NCBI GenBank assembly: GCA_963710685.1 | Contig: CAVQBH010000011.1 | Span: 11,258-75,257, forward strand | Length of the DNA: 64,000 nucleotides | From: an uncultured Methanomassiliicoccales archaeon | GTDB taxonomy: Archaea > Thermoplasmatota > Thermoplasmata > Methanomassiliicoccales > UBA472 | Reading direction: 5' to 3' | In this document: positions 38,742 through 47,498 of the stretch, one piece after another | How positions within the stretch are numbered: the first letter of the stretch is position 1 | Layout: each line of letters starts with the position of its first letter | The notes under the pieces: model-generated | What the model saw: only the letters and a program-made list of their open reading frames with translations | Told to the model about the DNA's origin: nothing | The model's database searches: none | Position numbers and translations under genes: made by a program

Positions 38742-39157
38742 ACCCGCGTCTCTTCTGGAACATCCACTGGTGGCTTGTAGTTGAGCAGGATGGTGATGTG
38801 TTCGAGCACGATGTTGGCGTGTTTTATGGCCGCCTCGAGCACGATCCGTCCCGCCGGTGTGATGTCGTAGATCCTCCTTCTGCCGTCGGCGATGGAGGTG
38901 ATCAGTCCATGCTTCACCAGCGACTGCAGTGCCGGATATATTGACCCCGGGGACGGTCTCCAGTCCTCCGAGGTGATCCGTTCTATCTCCTTGATCAGCG
39001 CGTAACCATGGATCGGCTTCTCCGCCACGAGCCTAAGGATGGCGAGCTTGAGGAACCCCGTCTTGAATCCATACTTGTGAAACGCTTTTTTTAAGTGGAC
39101 TGCCTCCGGAATGTCCGGAAAGAGCGGTTCCCCTCCGTGCTTAGGTCCGTTTTCCAT
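38732..39157 (-). CDS. PadR family transcriptional regulator
   Basis: FLKLAILRLVAEKPIHGYALIKEIERITSEDWRPSPGSIYPALQSLVKHGLITS...RRRIYDITPAG is the canonical PadR winged helix. Confidence 0.85.
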   Translation of the reverse strand: MENGPKHGGEPLFPDIPEAVHLKKAFHKYGFKTGFLKLAILRLVAEKPIHGYALIKEIERITSEDWRPSPGSIYPALQSLVKHGLITSIADGRRRIYDITPAGRIVLEAAIKHANIVLEHITILLNYKPPVDVPEETRVQG

Positions 39158-39166
39158 GTTATCAGA

Positions 39167-39892
39167 TCACAGGAAATAGAACTTGGTCCCGTACTTGATG
39201 CTGATGTTGGCTACCTTTTCCAGCCGGTCCAGCACACCCGAGTAGCGCCTTACCATCATCTTGCTCTCCAGCGGCAGCTTCTCGCGCAGCACCTTGATCT
39301 CCTCCAACATCCGGACCGCGTCCTCCTTGGTGAACAGGGTCTTGCTCTTCACCGCGTTCGGAACGCTGGCGATGATCGTGCAGCCGTACTTGGCGGCGAT
39401 CTCGGGCAGGGCGGAGTTGTCCGGGCCGAACGTTCCTATGCAGCCCCTTCCCTCATCCCAGGAGACCTCGCACTTCTTGCATGCCTCACCCATCTCGTCG
39501 AAGGACAGCATGTCCCACTTGGTCAGCCGGTTGTCCGGGTCGGCCAGTTCCAGAAGTCTCTTCTGGGTGTCGGCGGAAGCATTGTCCACCGCGATCCAGC
39601 CCGTGTACTGTTTCTTGGCCAGCGGTGCCAGCTTTTGCTTGTCCGCATCGTTCTTGACCTTTTCCAGGTAGATGTTCTCCGCCTCGGCATCCACCCGGTT
39701 GCGCTTGGCGAAGGCCTCGAAATCCGCTCCGAACGCGGTCTTGGCGGCTGCCACCGGGACCATCAGGTCGAACTCGGCGCAGGACTCGAACCCGGTGACA
39801 TCCTTGAGATTGACCTTCAAGATGGATGTCTTGGCGTTCTTGCATGTTGAGGCATCGGTGTCTAATTCACAGATCGCTATACTGACTCCCAT
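39167..39892 (-). CDS. conserved-looking hypothetical protein with Cys cluster
   Basis: 241-aa ORF with good protein-like composition and CKKCEVSWDEGRGCIGTFGPD plus additional Cys residues. It lies 9 nt upstream of PadR on the same strand. I recognise no family. Confidence 0.55.
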   Translation of the reverse strand: MGVSIAICELDTDASTCKNAKTSILKVNLKDVTGFESCAEFDLMVPVAAAKTAFGADFEAFAKRNRVDAEAENIYLEKVKNDADKQKLAPLAKKQYTGWIAVDNASADTQKRLLELADPDNRLTKWDMLSFDEMGEACKKCEVSWDEGRGCIGTFGPDNSALPEIAAKYGCTIIASVPNAVKSKTLFTKEDAVRMLEEIKVLREKLPLESKMMVRRYSGVLDRLEKVANISIKYGTKFYFL

Positions 39893-40258
39893 TGCTATCC
39901 CTTCCTGAGGCTGAGTTACACGGCGGGCATTATTTAATCTCTTTTCTCGATCGGGAAATATTCTAGGAAGGAATTAAAACCAGCGTGTCCGGAATGCGAT
40001 GAAATTGCGGTCCGGACGGTCGCAGCAAAGAACGGCCAGCGTGATCAATTCTCATGGCCAGACAAAGTTGAAGGGACCGAGGGAAAGGTCCCTGGGCATT
40101 GACGGGACCGGCATTGCAAAGCTTCGCGGACGAAGGTCATCAAACCACCGACGAAGATTCGTAGCGCCGGGTAAAACGACTATATAGCGAAAAAAATTGA
40201 GGAAAATCGACGTTAGGTCTGCACCCTTGCTAATACGGATTCTTCCTAGCGGTTCTCG

Positions 40259-40814
40259 TTGACATCTTTTGCCGATAGCGAACGGAACTCATGGGATGGT
40301 TCGTCATTGTCAGATACTGGATTGAAAAATTGGAGAAAATACCTCGGGGAGTACGGGGTCACCGAGGACCGTTTCCTGCGGAAATTGGCCGAACTGACGG
40401 AGGAGCGGAAGCACTTGGATCCCCGGGAGGAAACGATATGGGGTTTGATCTACGAGATCAACCTCCAGGCACTTCAAAGCAAGAGCGATTCGCTCATGGA
40501 ACGGACGTACCGGACCATGGCGGTGATGACCTACGACCTGGGGGAGGACCCCCCGGGGCATGGTCGAGATGAGCATGCAGTACGGTCTGATCCAGCTCGA
40601 TGACGATTCGGCGTACCGGACAAAGTACTCCAGGGAGGAGCTGGTCCCGGCATGCGACGATTGCTTCAATGGTAACAGGACGTTCGACCTCTCCGTTGCC
40701 AGGGCTCTCATCCCGCTGCCGTGCAAGCAGTGCCAGAACCATAGGGACAGCGGCCATCCCTACGGCCTGTGCGAATGTATCTGGCGACCGGTCCTGGATC
40801 AAGATTTACCCTGA
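40259..40814 (+). pseudogene. hypothetical Cys-rich protein, frame break at a C6G4 run
   Basis: ORF 40259..40603 ends in off-frame text after ...MTYDLGEDP. ORF 40560..40814 (MVEMSMQYGLIQLDDD...CDDC...CKQC...CEC) is in the +1 frame. Removing one C of CCCCCC 40549-40554 reads ...GEDPRGMVEMSMQ... Arithmetic: 556 nt - 1 = 555 = 185 codons. Confidence 0.5.
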
Positions 40815-40850
40815 TGGGCGATCGTGGTCGGTTTCGCCCCCTTCCTTCCG

Positions 40851-41945
40851 CTAGCTTTGCTGCTTGTTCTTGCCTGCCTTTTTCAGCTGTTTTTCGATCC
40901 GCCTGCGTTCGGCCGCCTTTTTCTCGTTCACCGGCTGGAAGCCCTGGGCTATCCAGTCCTTCCGGTACGAGATCATTTCCACCAGGTAGTAGAGGGCCCA
41001 CAGGCTCACCCCCAAAATCAGCAAGAGGATATAGGGCTGGTAGTCGACATTGACCTGGATGCTTCCCAGGTCGGCCTGGAACCGTCCCTGCAGGGTGGCG
41101 TACCATATCCACAGGTCGAGGAGCGCCACGATGACCATGCTGAAACCCATCCTGGAAACGGAGCCCTTGGGGTAGAATCCCTTGAAGAAGCTGAGGATGG
41201 CGATGGGAATGCCCACCAGGAACAGCAGCGTCATCGTCGAGGCCAGGGTGTTCGTGAGCTGGTCGGTCATCGCGTTCCCCATCGAGGAGATGAGAGACTG
41301 GACAATGATGACGATGGCCACCGGAACGATGACGAAGCGGAGCATCGCCCCCCGGGCCATCCCTATTCCGTTGGTATACCGGCCATAGCGGAGCCGGAAG
41401 TCGTGCCAGGGTCTGTGAGCCTTGGGATCTTCCGGAACGGTCTGCTTCGGGAGATAGGGTGTGCCGTCGATCGCCGCTTTCGCCTTGAGCCATTTCTGGT
41501 GAAAGTCGGCCCATTCGCCGACGAGATACAGCATGCCCAGTCCGATGAGCACCACCAGCAGGTAGAACAACGACATCAGGTCGATGTCCGGACCCGCCGT
41601 ACTTAGGGCGTCGTGCAGCCCCGACCCGGAGAACAGCACGAACCCCAGGACGATCTCCACCACCGCGCGGATCTCGCCGAAGAGCATTCTGGACCATGAC
41701 CCGGCCGGGTAGAACTGGTTGAAGAAGGATATGACCGCCAGGATCAATCCGAAGATCAAGAAAGTGGTCTCCAGGGCCAATAGGGCGCGGTCCAGGTCGG
41801 CCAAGGACCGGTCGCCCGTGCCCTCCAGCAACGACGACGCCACCAGGATCAGGACGATCGGGATGATTATGAACAGGGCCAGAGCCTTGGCGCTGCCGAA
41901 CAGGCCCTTGACCAGGCTGCTGTACCTGGGGGACAGGTCGCTCAT
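40851..41945 (-). CDS. polytopic membrane protein built from two tandem ~150-aa modules
   Basis: The start at ATG 41945 (MSDLSPRYSSLVKGLF) overlaps the upstream stop as ATGA. The two halves align: AVISFFNQFYPAGSWSRMLFGEI / AILSFFKGFYPKGSVSRMGFSMV, and ...YLVGEWADFHQKW / ...YLVEMISYRKDW. The tail is Lys-rich. Confidence 0.7.
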   Translation of the reverse strand: MSDLSPRYSSLVKGLFGSAKALALFIIIPIVLILVASSLLEGTGDRSLADLDRALLALETTFLIFGLILAVISFFNQFYPAGSWSRMLFGEIRAVVEIVLGFVLFSGSGLHDALSTAGPDIDLMSLFYLLVVLIGLGMLYLVGEWADFHQKWLKAKAAIDGTPYLPKQTVPEDPKAHRPWHDFRLRYGRYTNGIGMARGAMLRFVIVPVAIVIIVQSLISSMGNAMTDQLTNTLASTMTLLFLVGIPIAILSFFKGFYPKGSVSRMGFSMVIVALLDLWIWYATLQGRFQADLGSIQVNVDYQPYILLLILGVSLWALYYLVEMISYRKDWIAQGFQPVNEKKAAERRRIEKQLKKAGKNKQQS

Positions 41946-43108
41946 GGTGCCCCCAGCGGCGCGGCCCAATGATAGGGACGGGACTGTTCGACCGTGATGC
42001 CCATCACCGTGACCTTCAGGGTAACCGTCCAGTCCTCGGAATGCTGGAGGAACCAAACGGATTCCGCCACGGAGAAGGGCATCGAGGCATGACCGGCGGT
42101 GTGCGTCTGGGCGGTCAATGAGCTCGAACCCTGCGATACGTTCCCGGTCGCGTTCACCAGGGAGCACTGGACCTGCATCTGCTGGCCGGTGATCACGCTG
42201 GAGGCATCGAAACCGAAGGGGACGCTGGCGGACAGCGGCACCCCGGACGATAACGTCGGTGTCCCCACCACCAGGTCGGAGATCAGCGGGTCCCAGTGTC
42301 CGGTGTAAGCCTGCTCGGACCGGGCTCCGTGGAAATTGATGGCCACATCGACCGTCAGGTTGTCCTCGTTCATGGCCAGTTTCTCTGCCGCCGCCCGGGT
42401 TATGCCGATCTTCATCTCACCGGCGAATTGTTGGGTGATGGAGATGTTGTCCGAACCGCTCCCCAGCAGGCCCGATTGATCGCTCAGCGTGGTTCCCACG
42501 CTCACCCGCTGTCCCACAAGGAGGTCCCCGGCATCGAAGCTGTAGGGTACCTGGACATCATAGGCGGCGCCGTTCTGCTGCAGTTCCATCCCCTGGAGGT
42601 CGAACTGCAGGTTATCGATCAGCGGGCTCCAGTCCATGGTCTGGTTCGCCCCCAGGTGGATGTTCACCAGGTGCGCCATGTAGTACGATGAGATGATCAA
42701 CGACATGTTCAGGGTGGTGTGGTTGAACGCCAGCTCTCTCATGAATGATGGTTGGATGGTGTCCAGGTCCACGGCCATCCTTACGTTCAGCAGCGTCGTC
42801 CGGCCGGCGAGGATGTCGGTCGGGGTGCTGTTCGATCGGGAGATCAGGCTGCCGTTATGGTCGCTCAACGCGATCCCGACCGTGAACGCCTGGATGTCGT
42901 AGAATCCGCCGTTGTATATTTCCACCGGGGCTCCGAAGGAAACGGTGTTGGTGAAATTGTCGTAGTTCCACCCGGCGTTCTCGCCCTGGGGGAACTTTAT
43001 GTCCAGACCCCCGGAGGCCAGCGGCACAACCGCAAGCAGCAAGAGCATCGTGGTAATGACGCTGACGACTAGGATGCCGACCCTGACCGATAACAGTCCC
43101 CAGCGCAT
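41942..43108 (-). CDS. exported/anchored protein with many N-glycosylation sequons (hypothetical)
   Basis: Signal/TM (VGILVVSVITTMLLLLAVVPLASG). The rest is beta-rich with sequons NFT, NGS, NST, NHT, NMS, NQT, NIS, NLT, NAT and NVS. Translationally coupled to the downstream membrane gene. Confidence 0.65.
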   Translation of the reverse strand: MRWGLLSVRVGILVVSVITTMLLLLAVVPLASGGLDIKFPQGENAGWNYDNFTNTVSFGAPVEIYNGGFYDIQAFTVGIALSDHNGSLISRSNSTPTDILAGRTTLLNVRMAVDLDTIQPSFMRELAFNHTTLNMSLIISSYYMAHLVNIHLGANQTMDWSPLIDNLQFDLQGMELQQNGAAYDVQVPYSFDAGDLLVGQRVSVGTTLSDQSGLLGSGSDNISITQQFAGEMKIGITRAAAEKLAMNEDNLTVDVAINFHGARSEQAYTGHWDPLISDLVVGTPTLSSGVPLSASVPFGFDASSVITGQQMQVQCSLVNATGNVSQGSSSLTAQTHTAGHASMPFSVAESVWFLQHSEDWTVTLKVTVMGITVEQSRPYHWAAPLGAP

Positions 43109-43808
43109 TGAAATCCCATTTGTTATTCGATATTAAAGTTCTCGCTCAACAATTCGCATCAGCGACCAATGGCCATATTATTTCGGATGAATCGGACGAC
43201 GAGGGATCGGGCCTCCCCAATTCCCAGGAGCCAGGGGGCGCCCAAAGACGTGTGACGATCTCCTCTGGGTTCTCATCGACGATCAACGACCTGCAATGAG
43301 GAACATCTTATCCACGGACAAATTAGGTCCCTCTGGGAATCATTCATATGATCGTGTTAGGGGAACGGTCATCGCCCGATCGATGCACCCGGAAAGCGAA
43401 CAAGTGCCCAGGTTGGAAGGAACAGACGTTTAGGAGAGACATCTTCAAAGTTTTTCTTGAACCTTCGAACCTTCCAATGACCACTCCCCCATTTATTAAA
43501 GACATTTATCAGATATTTAATCTGATTGTCGAAACTGAGACATGGTTGTCTGTCATATCGTAAGTGTTTCGGGCGACTATATTTCCGGTCGTATTTTGGT
43601 CCGATCGGAATCCATCCAAAGGATTCCAGGAACCGAAACGTTCAGAGCGCATTCTGTCCTTTTCGTAAGGACACGTCAAAGATCAGGCCTTCCACCTAGC
43701 CAGTCATTCCGTTTCCGCAGTTCGGGCACATCCTCCCATCAGATGTACCAGTCGCCTTTTGTACCGGAACCGTTAAATCGCCTATCCTTTTTATCTGAAC
43801 GTACCGTT

Positions 43809-44360
43809 ATGGCAAAACAGAAGCTCGAGATCGAATGTCCGGTCTGCGACGCCAAAATAAGCATTGACGCTCGTTCGTGCCCCAGATGCGGCGCCGACCT
43901 GGGCATGGCAGACTTTCAAGACCTTGAAGATCTGGCCAAGGACATTTCTGAGGGCAGGTCCTACTCCGAAAAGGTTCCCGATCAGGGCCCGGCGGAGGAG
44001 ACCAAGGCAGACACGGTGACCGAAGAGAAAGTGGTCGTCATTCCCTCCAAGGAAGGGCCCAAACCGGAGAACAAGGAATCCAAGAAGGAATCCAAGCCGA
44101 AGGTTCAGGCAGCCCCTCCAGCTGAACCCAAGAAGCAGGTGCCAAAGGAAGAAGTGGCCAGGAAAGTCGAGCCCAAGGCAGAGGAACCCAAGAAGCAGGT
44201 GCCAAAGGAAGAAGTGGCCAGGAAAGTCGAGCCCAAGGCAGAGGAACCCAAGAAAGAGGAAACTCGGAAACCAGAGGCGGCGGAAGAGGAAGAAGAGGTC
44301 TCGGGCGAGAAAGGAAAGAAAAAAGGTTTATTCTCAAAGTTCTTCGGCAAGAAGAAGTGA
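43809..44360 (+). CDS. zinc-ribbon protein with Lys/Glu/Pro-rich repetitive tail
   Basis: ATG 43809 gives MAKQKLEIECPVCDAKISIDARSCPRCGADLG (CxxC-x10-CxxC). The tail contains PKKQVPKEEVARKVEPKAEE twice. The part of ORF 43542.. upstream of 43809 is not protein-like. Confidence 0.7.
   Translation: MAKQKLEIECPVCDAKISIDARSCPRCGADLGMADFQDLEDLAKDISEGRSYSEKVPDQGPAEETKADTVTEEKVVVIPSKEGPKPENKESKKESKPKVQAAPPAEPKKQVPKEEVARKVEPKAEEPKKQVPKEEVARKVEPKAEEPKKEETRKPEAAEEEEEVSGEKGKKKGLFSKFFGKKK
44124..44243 (+). repeat. perfect 60-bp tandem duplication (2 copies plus an 11-nt third start)
   Basis: The unit gaacccaagaagcaggtgccaaaggaagaagtggccaggaaagtcgagcccaaggcagag occupies 44124-44183 and repeats identically at 44184-44243. 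The next 11 nt (gaacccaagaa) repeat again. Confidence 0.95.
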
Positions 44361-44368
44361 CCTGGGCC

Positions 44369-44863
44369 ATGAGCGATATCCGAATCAAGAAGAGGGGAAG
44401 GCTGCGGGAGAAGGAGATCAAATCCTTGTCCGAGGAGATATCGGCAAAGGTCGGTATGCAGGTCTTCACCCTCAAGGACACCATCGACAAGGCGGAGAGC
44501 TCGGAATTCGATGTCATATTCGTTAACAACGAGATCCTTGCCATGGTCATTTCCGGCAAGGCCTTTCTGACCGTCAAGGGGGTGCTCAAATACAACCCAC
44601 CCAAATCCTACGTCACCGTCGACATGGGCGCGGTCCCCTTCGTGGTCAAGGGGGCGGACATCATGGGCCCGGGGATCGTCGATGCGGACAAGGAGATCAA
44701 GGTCGGCGATTTCGTCTGGGTCAGGGACGTGAAGAACCAGCGCGCGCTGGCCATCGGCGAGGCGCTCGTCACCGGGGAGGAGATGCTGCAGAGGAAGTCC
44801 GGCAAGGCCATCAAGAACCTCCACTATGTCGGTGACAAGCTTTGGAAATACGACGAGAGATGA
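44369..44863 (+). CDS. PUA-domain RNA-binding protein (archaeal Tma20/MCT-1-like)
   Basis: MSDIRIKKRGRLREKEIK..., followed by the PUA core VDMGAVPFVVKGADIMGPGIVDADKEIKVGDFVWVRDVKNQRALAIGEALV...GKAIKNLHYVGDKLW. Confidence 0.8.
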   Translation: MSDIRIKKRGRLREKEIKSLSEEISAKVGMQVFTLKDTIDKAESSEFDVIFVNNEILAMVISGKAFLTVKGVLKYNPPKSYVTVDMGAVPFVVKGADIMGPGIVDADKEIKVGDFVWVRDVKNQRALAIGEALVTGEEMLQRKSGKAIKNLHYVGDKLWKYDER

Positions 44864-45000
44864 CCGCCGTTTCCGTTCCGGCGAACCGGGGCGGCTCGAC
44901 CATCTCCTACTTCTCCGCCCACCGGCTTCGATGTAAAGTCTAAATATGCCGGTTCGACTTCATACTGGTAGTAGCAATTCTCGTTGTCGCGGGTATCCAA

Positions 45001-46884
45001 ATGCGGATTAAGGGAGCCGTCATCGTCATCATCCTGTTGTTCGTCAGCTCGTCCCTCTTGACGGTCCCGATGACCGTGGACGGGGCGACCGTCGGCGGCT
45101 ACGGATATGCGGTCATCAAGAACGGTACCGCGGCGGAGATAACATCCTACACCGGGGCGGGCCGAGTGATCACCATACCGTCCACCATCGACGGCTACCC
45201 GGTCCTCTCGATCGGAGGCTTCGCCTTCTTCTCGGACACCAATCTCACCCAGGTGATCATTCCGGAAGGGATCACCAGCATCGGTTTCGCCGCGTTCTAC
45301 CAGTGCACCTACCTGACCTCGGTGACGATTCCTGAGAGCGTCACCTCGATCGGCAACGGGGCGTTCTACGATTGCCGTTCGCTGTCCTCCGTCGTTCTTC
45401 CGGACAGACTGACGTTCATCGACGAGTATGCGTTCTTCAACTGCAATCTCACCTCGATGGTCATACCCCAGAGCGTCAAGGCCATCGGTGACAACGCTTT
45501 CCTCGGATGCCACAACCTGACCTCCATCTCGCTGCCGGAAGACCTCACGGTCCTGGGGAACGGGGTGTTCGGGGAATGCCACGATCTGGCGTCCATCTCA
45601 GTTCCCGCCGGGGTGGTCAGCGTCGGGGACGGGGCGTTCTACAACTGTTCCTCGTTGACCTCGGTCGTCCTGCCCGACGGCCTCGGCATCATCGGGGAAA
45701 GTGCGTTCCAGGGCTGCAGCGGATTATCCCAGGTGACCATCGGTCCGGTAATGACCCGCATCGGCTACGCGGCGTTCTCCGGCTGCGTCTCCCTGACCTC
45801 GGCCACGGTACCGGATGGGGTCACCTCCCTCGGCGATGCCGCGTTCTACAACTGCACGAAACTGGGCACGCTGAAGCTGGGCAGCGGGGTTGGCAAATTG
45901 GGGGCAATGACGTTCTACAACTGCCGTTCACTGTCCTCAGTGGAGATCCCCGATTCGGTCGCATACATCGGGTACAGGGCGTTCTACAACTGCACCCACC
46001 TGACCTCTGCGCTCATCGGGGCCGGCGTGTCCGAGATCGGGGGGGCGGCGTTCCAGAACTGTTCCTCCCTCACGTCGGTCGTTTTCAGGAGCAGCGCACC
46101 ATCGTTGGCCTCCGACTGGATCGGAAAGAACGGTTCACGCCTGGTGATCACGTACTACAGCGGGGCGAACGGTTTCACGACGCCGCTGTGGGAAGGCCTC
46201 CGTTCAGAAATGAGAGGAACGGCTTTGGCAGCGCCCAGCAACTTCATCTCCACGCTCGGTCCGGCCTCCGTTTCGCTCTCCTGGAACGGGCTGAAGGGCA
46301 ACGGCAGCGGGTCCATCGACTACTACACCGTCTACCAGGACGGGGCGGACGTCCGGCACGTGACCTCCGGAACCTCGGCCGTGTTCACCGGGCTGCAGAC
46401 GGGCAGGAACTATACCTACCAGGTCTCGGCCCATTCCCCCTCCCTCTCCGGTCTGAGGTCGACCTCCCTGGCGGTCGGGCCGGTCCATGCGCTGGTGCGG
46501 ATCGTCGTGAACATCACCTCTCCGGCGGAGAACGCGTCGATCGGTTCCCAGGACGTCGATCTGCGATGGACCGTGGAGGGAAATTCCTTCTCCGTCGCCT
46601 TCATCACGATCAGCGTTGACAACGGCTCGGAGGTCAGACTGCCGGCGTCCGCCACCAACTACCTGATCAGCGGTGCGGGGGAAGGAACGCACCGCGCCAA
46701 CATCACCGCCGAGGACGGCCTGGGCGGTTCAGCGTCCCAGACCATCTCGTTCGCCATCAACACGACCGCCAACGCCGGAAAACCGGGCGATAACCTCTCC
46801 CAGATCGTGATGATGGTGATCGCGGCTGCCGTCATCGTGATGCTGGTCGCTGTTCTGATGTTCGGAAAACGAAGGACGGGCTGA
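45001..46884 (+). CDS. surface protein: signal peptide + BspA-type leucine-rich repeats + FN3 + Ig-like + C-terminal TM
   Basis: About 13 LRR_5-type units of roughly 23 aa (e.g. IPEGITSIGFAAFYQCTYLTSVT, IPESVTSIGNGAFYDCRSLSSVV). Then an FN3 unit (YYTVYQDG...NYTYQVSAHS) and the helix IVMMVIAAAVIVMLVAVLMF. Confidence 0.8.
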   Translation: MRIKGAVIVIILLFVSSSLLTVPMTVDGATVGGYGYAVIKNGTAAEITSYTGAGRVITIPSTIDGYPVLSIGGFAFFSDTNLTQVIIPEGITSIGFAAFYQCTYLTSVTIPESVTSIGNGAFYDCRSLSSVVLPDRLTFIDEYAFFNCNLTSMVIPQSVKAIGDNAFLGCHNLTSISLPEDLTVLGNGVFGECHDLASISVPAGVVSVGDGAFYNCSSLTSVVLPDGLGIIGESAFQGCSGLSQVTIGPVMTRIGYAAFSGCVSLTSATVPDGVTSLGDAAFYNCTKLGTLKLGSGVGKLGAMTFYNCRSLSSVEIPDSVAYIGYRAFYNCTHLTSALIGAGVSEIGGAAFQNCSSLTSVVFRSSAPSLASDWIGKNGSRLVITYYSGANGFTTPLWEGLRSEMRGTALAAPSNFISTLGPASVSLSWNGLKGNGSGSIDYYTVYQDGADVRHVTSGTSAVFTGLQTGRNYTYQVSAHSPSLSGLRSTSLAVGPVHALVRIVVNITSPAENASIGSQDVDLRWTVEGNSFSVAFITISVDNGSEVRLPASATNYLISGAGEGTHRANITAEDGLGGSASQTISFAINTTANAGKPGDNLSQIVMMVIAAAVIVMLVAVLMFGKRRTG

Positions 46885-47038
46885 AAGGTCCGTCCAATGC
46901 CTGACCGGAGCATCCGCCGGACCGGTCTCCCTAAACCGTTAGGGTCCTATCCGGTCCTAATAATCGTCCAGATAATTAATCGCCGAAATGTTAATATTCA
47001 GTCACCCCATTTCTGGAGCAATCAAAGAGGGATGCAAC

Positions 47039-47419
47039 TTGCCGCTGTTGAAGAAGCCGTTGAGAAAAGGGAAGGATGACGTTCAGACCGTTGAGACGGA
47101 TCAGTACATCGATCTCGGGGCACTGTACTTCCAGGAGGACAACCCGCTCGCCGGGAATGGAATGATCAAGGTCGCAGAGGTCTACCGATTCGAGGACGTT
47201 ACTTCCGTCAGCCAACCGGTCTACAACGGCAACATCGTCCTGATCGACTATTCGCCGATCGAGAACGACCAGCAGACCCTGAAGAAGATCACCAATGAGC
47301 TGAAGAACATCGCCCGCGACACGGGCGGCGACGTGGCGGCGATCGGCAACAACCTCATCGTGGTGGCGCCGAACGGGATCAAGATAGACCGGCACAAGAT
47401 AAAGGGCGGCTTCAACTAG
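47039..47419 (+). CDS. sepF: cell division protein SepF (archaeal type)
   Basis: The core IKVAEVYRFEDVTSVSQPVYNGNIVLIDYSPIENDQQTLKKITNELKNIARDTGGDVAAIGNNLIVVAPNGIKI matches the SepF/DUF552 layout. I prefer TTG 47039, which is preceded by GAGG. An in-frame ATG at 46988 is the alternative start. Confidence 0.7.
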   Translation: MPLLKKPLRKGKDDVQTVETDQYIDLGALYFQEDNPLAGNGMIKVAEVYRFEDVTSVSQPVYNGNIVLIDYSPIENDQQTLKKITNELKNIARDTGGDVAAIGNNLIVVAPNGIKIDRHKIKGGFN

Positions 47420-47498
47420 ACCAACTCTCTTTCCGGGGTTATCACCCCGGATTCCTGTTCTCAAAGCCAATATATAGTCCAATCCTGATTTTCCTCTC

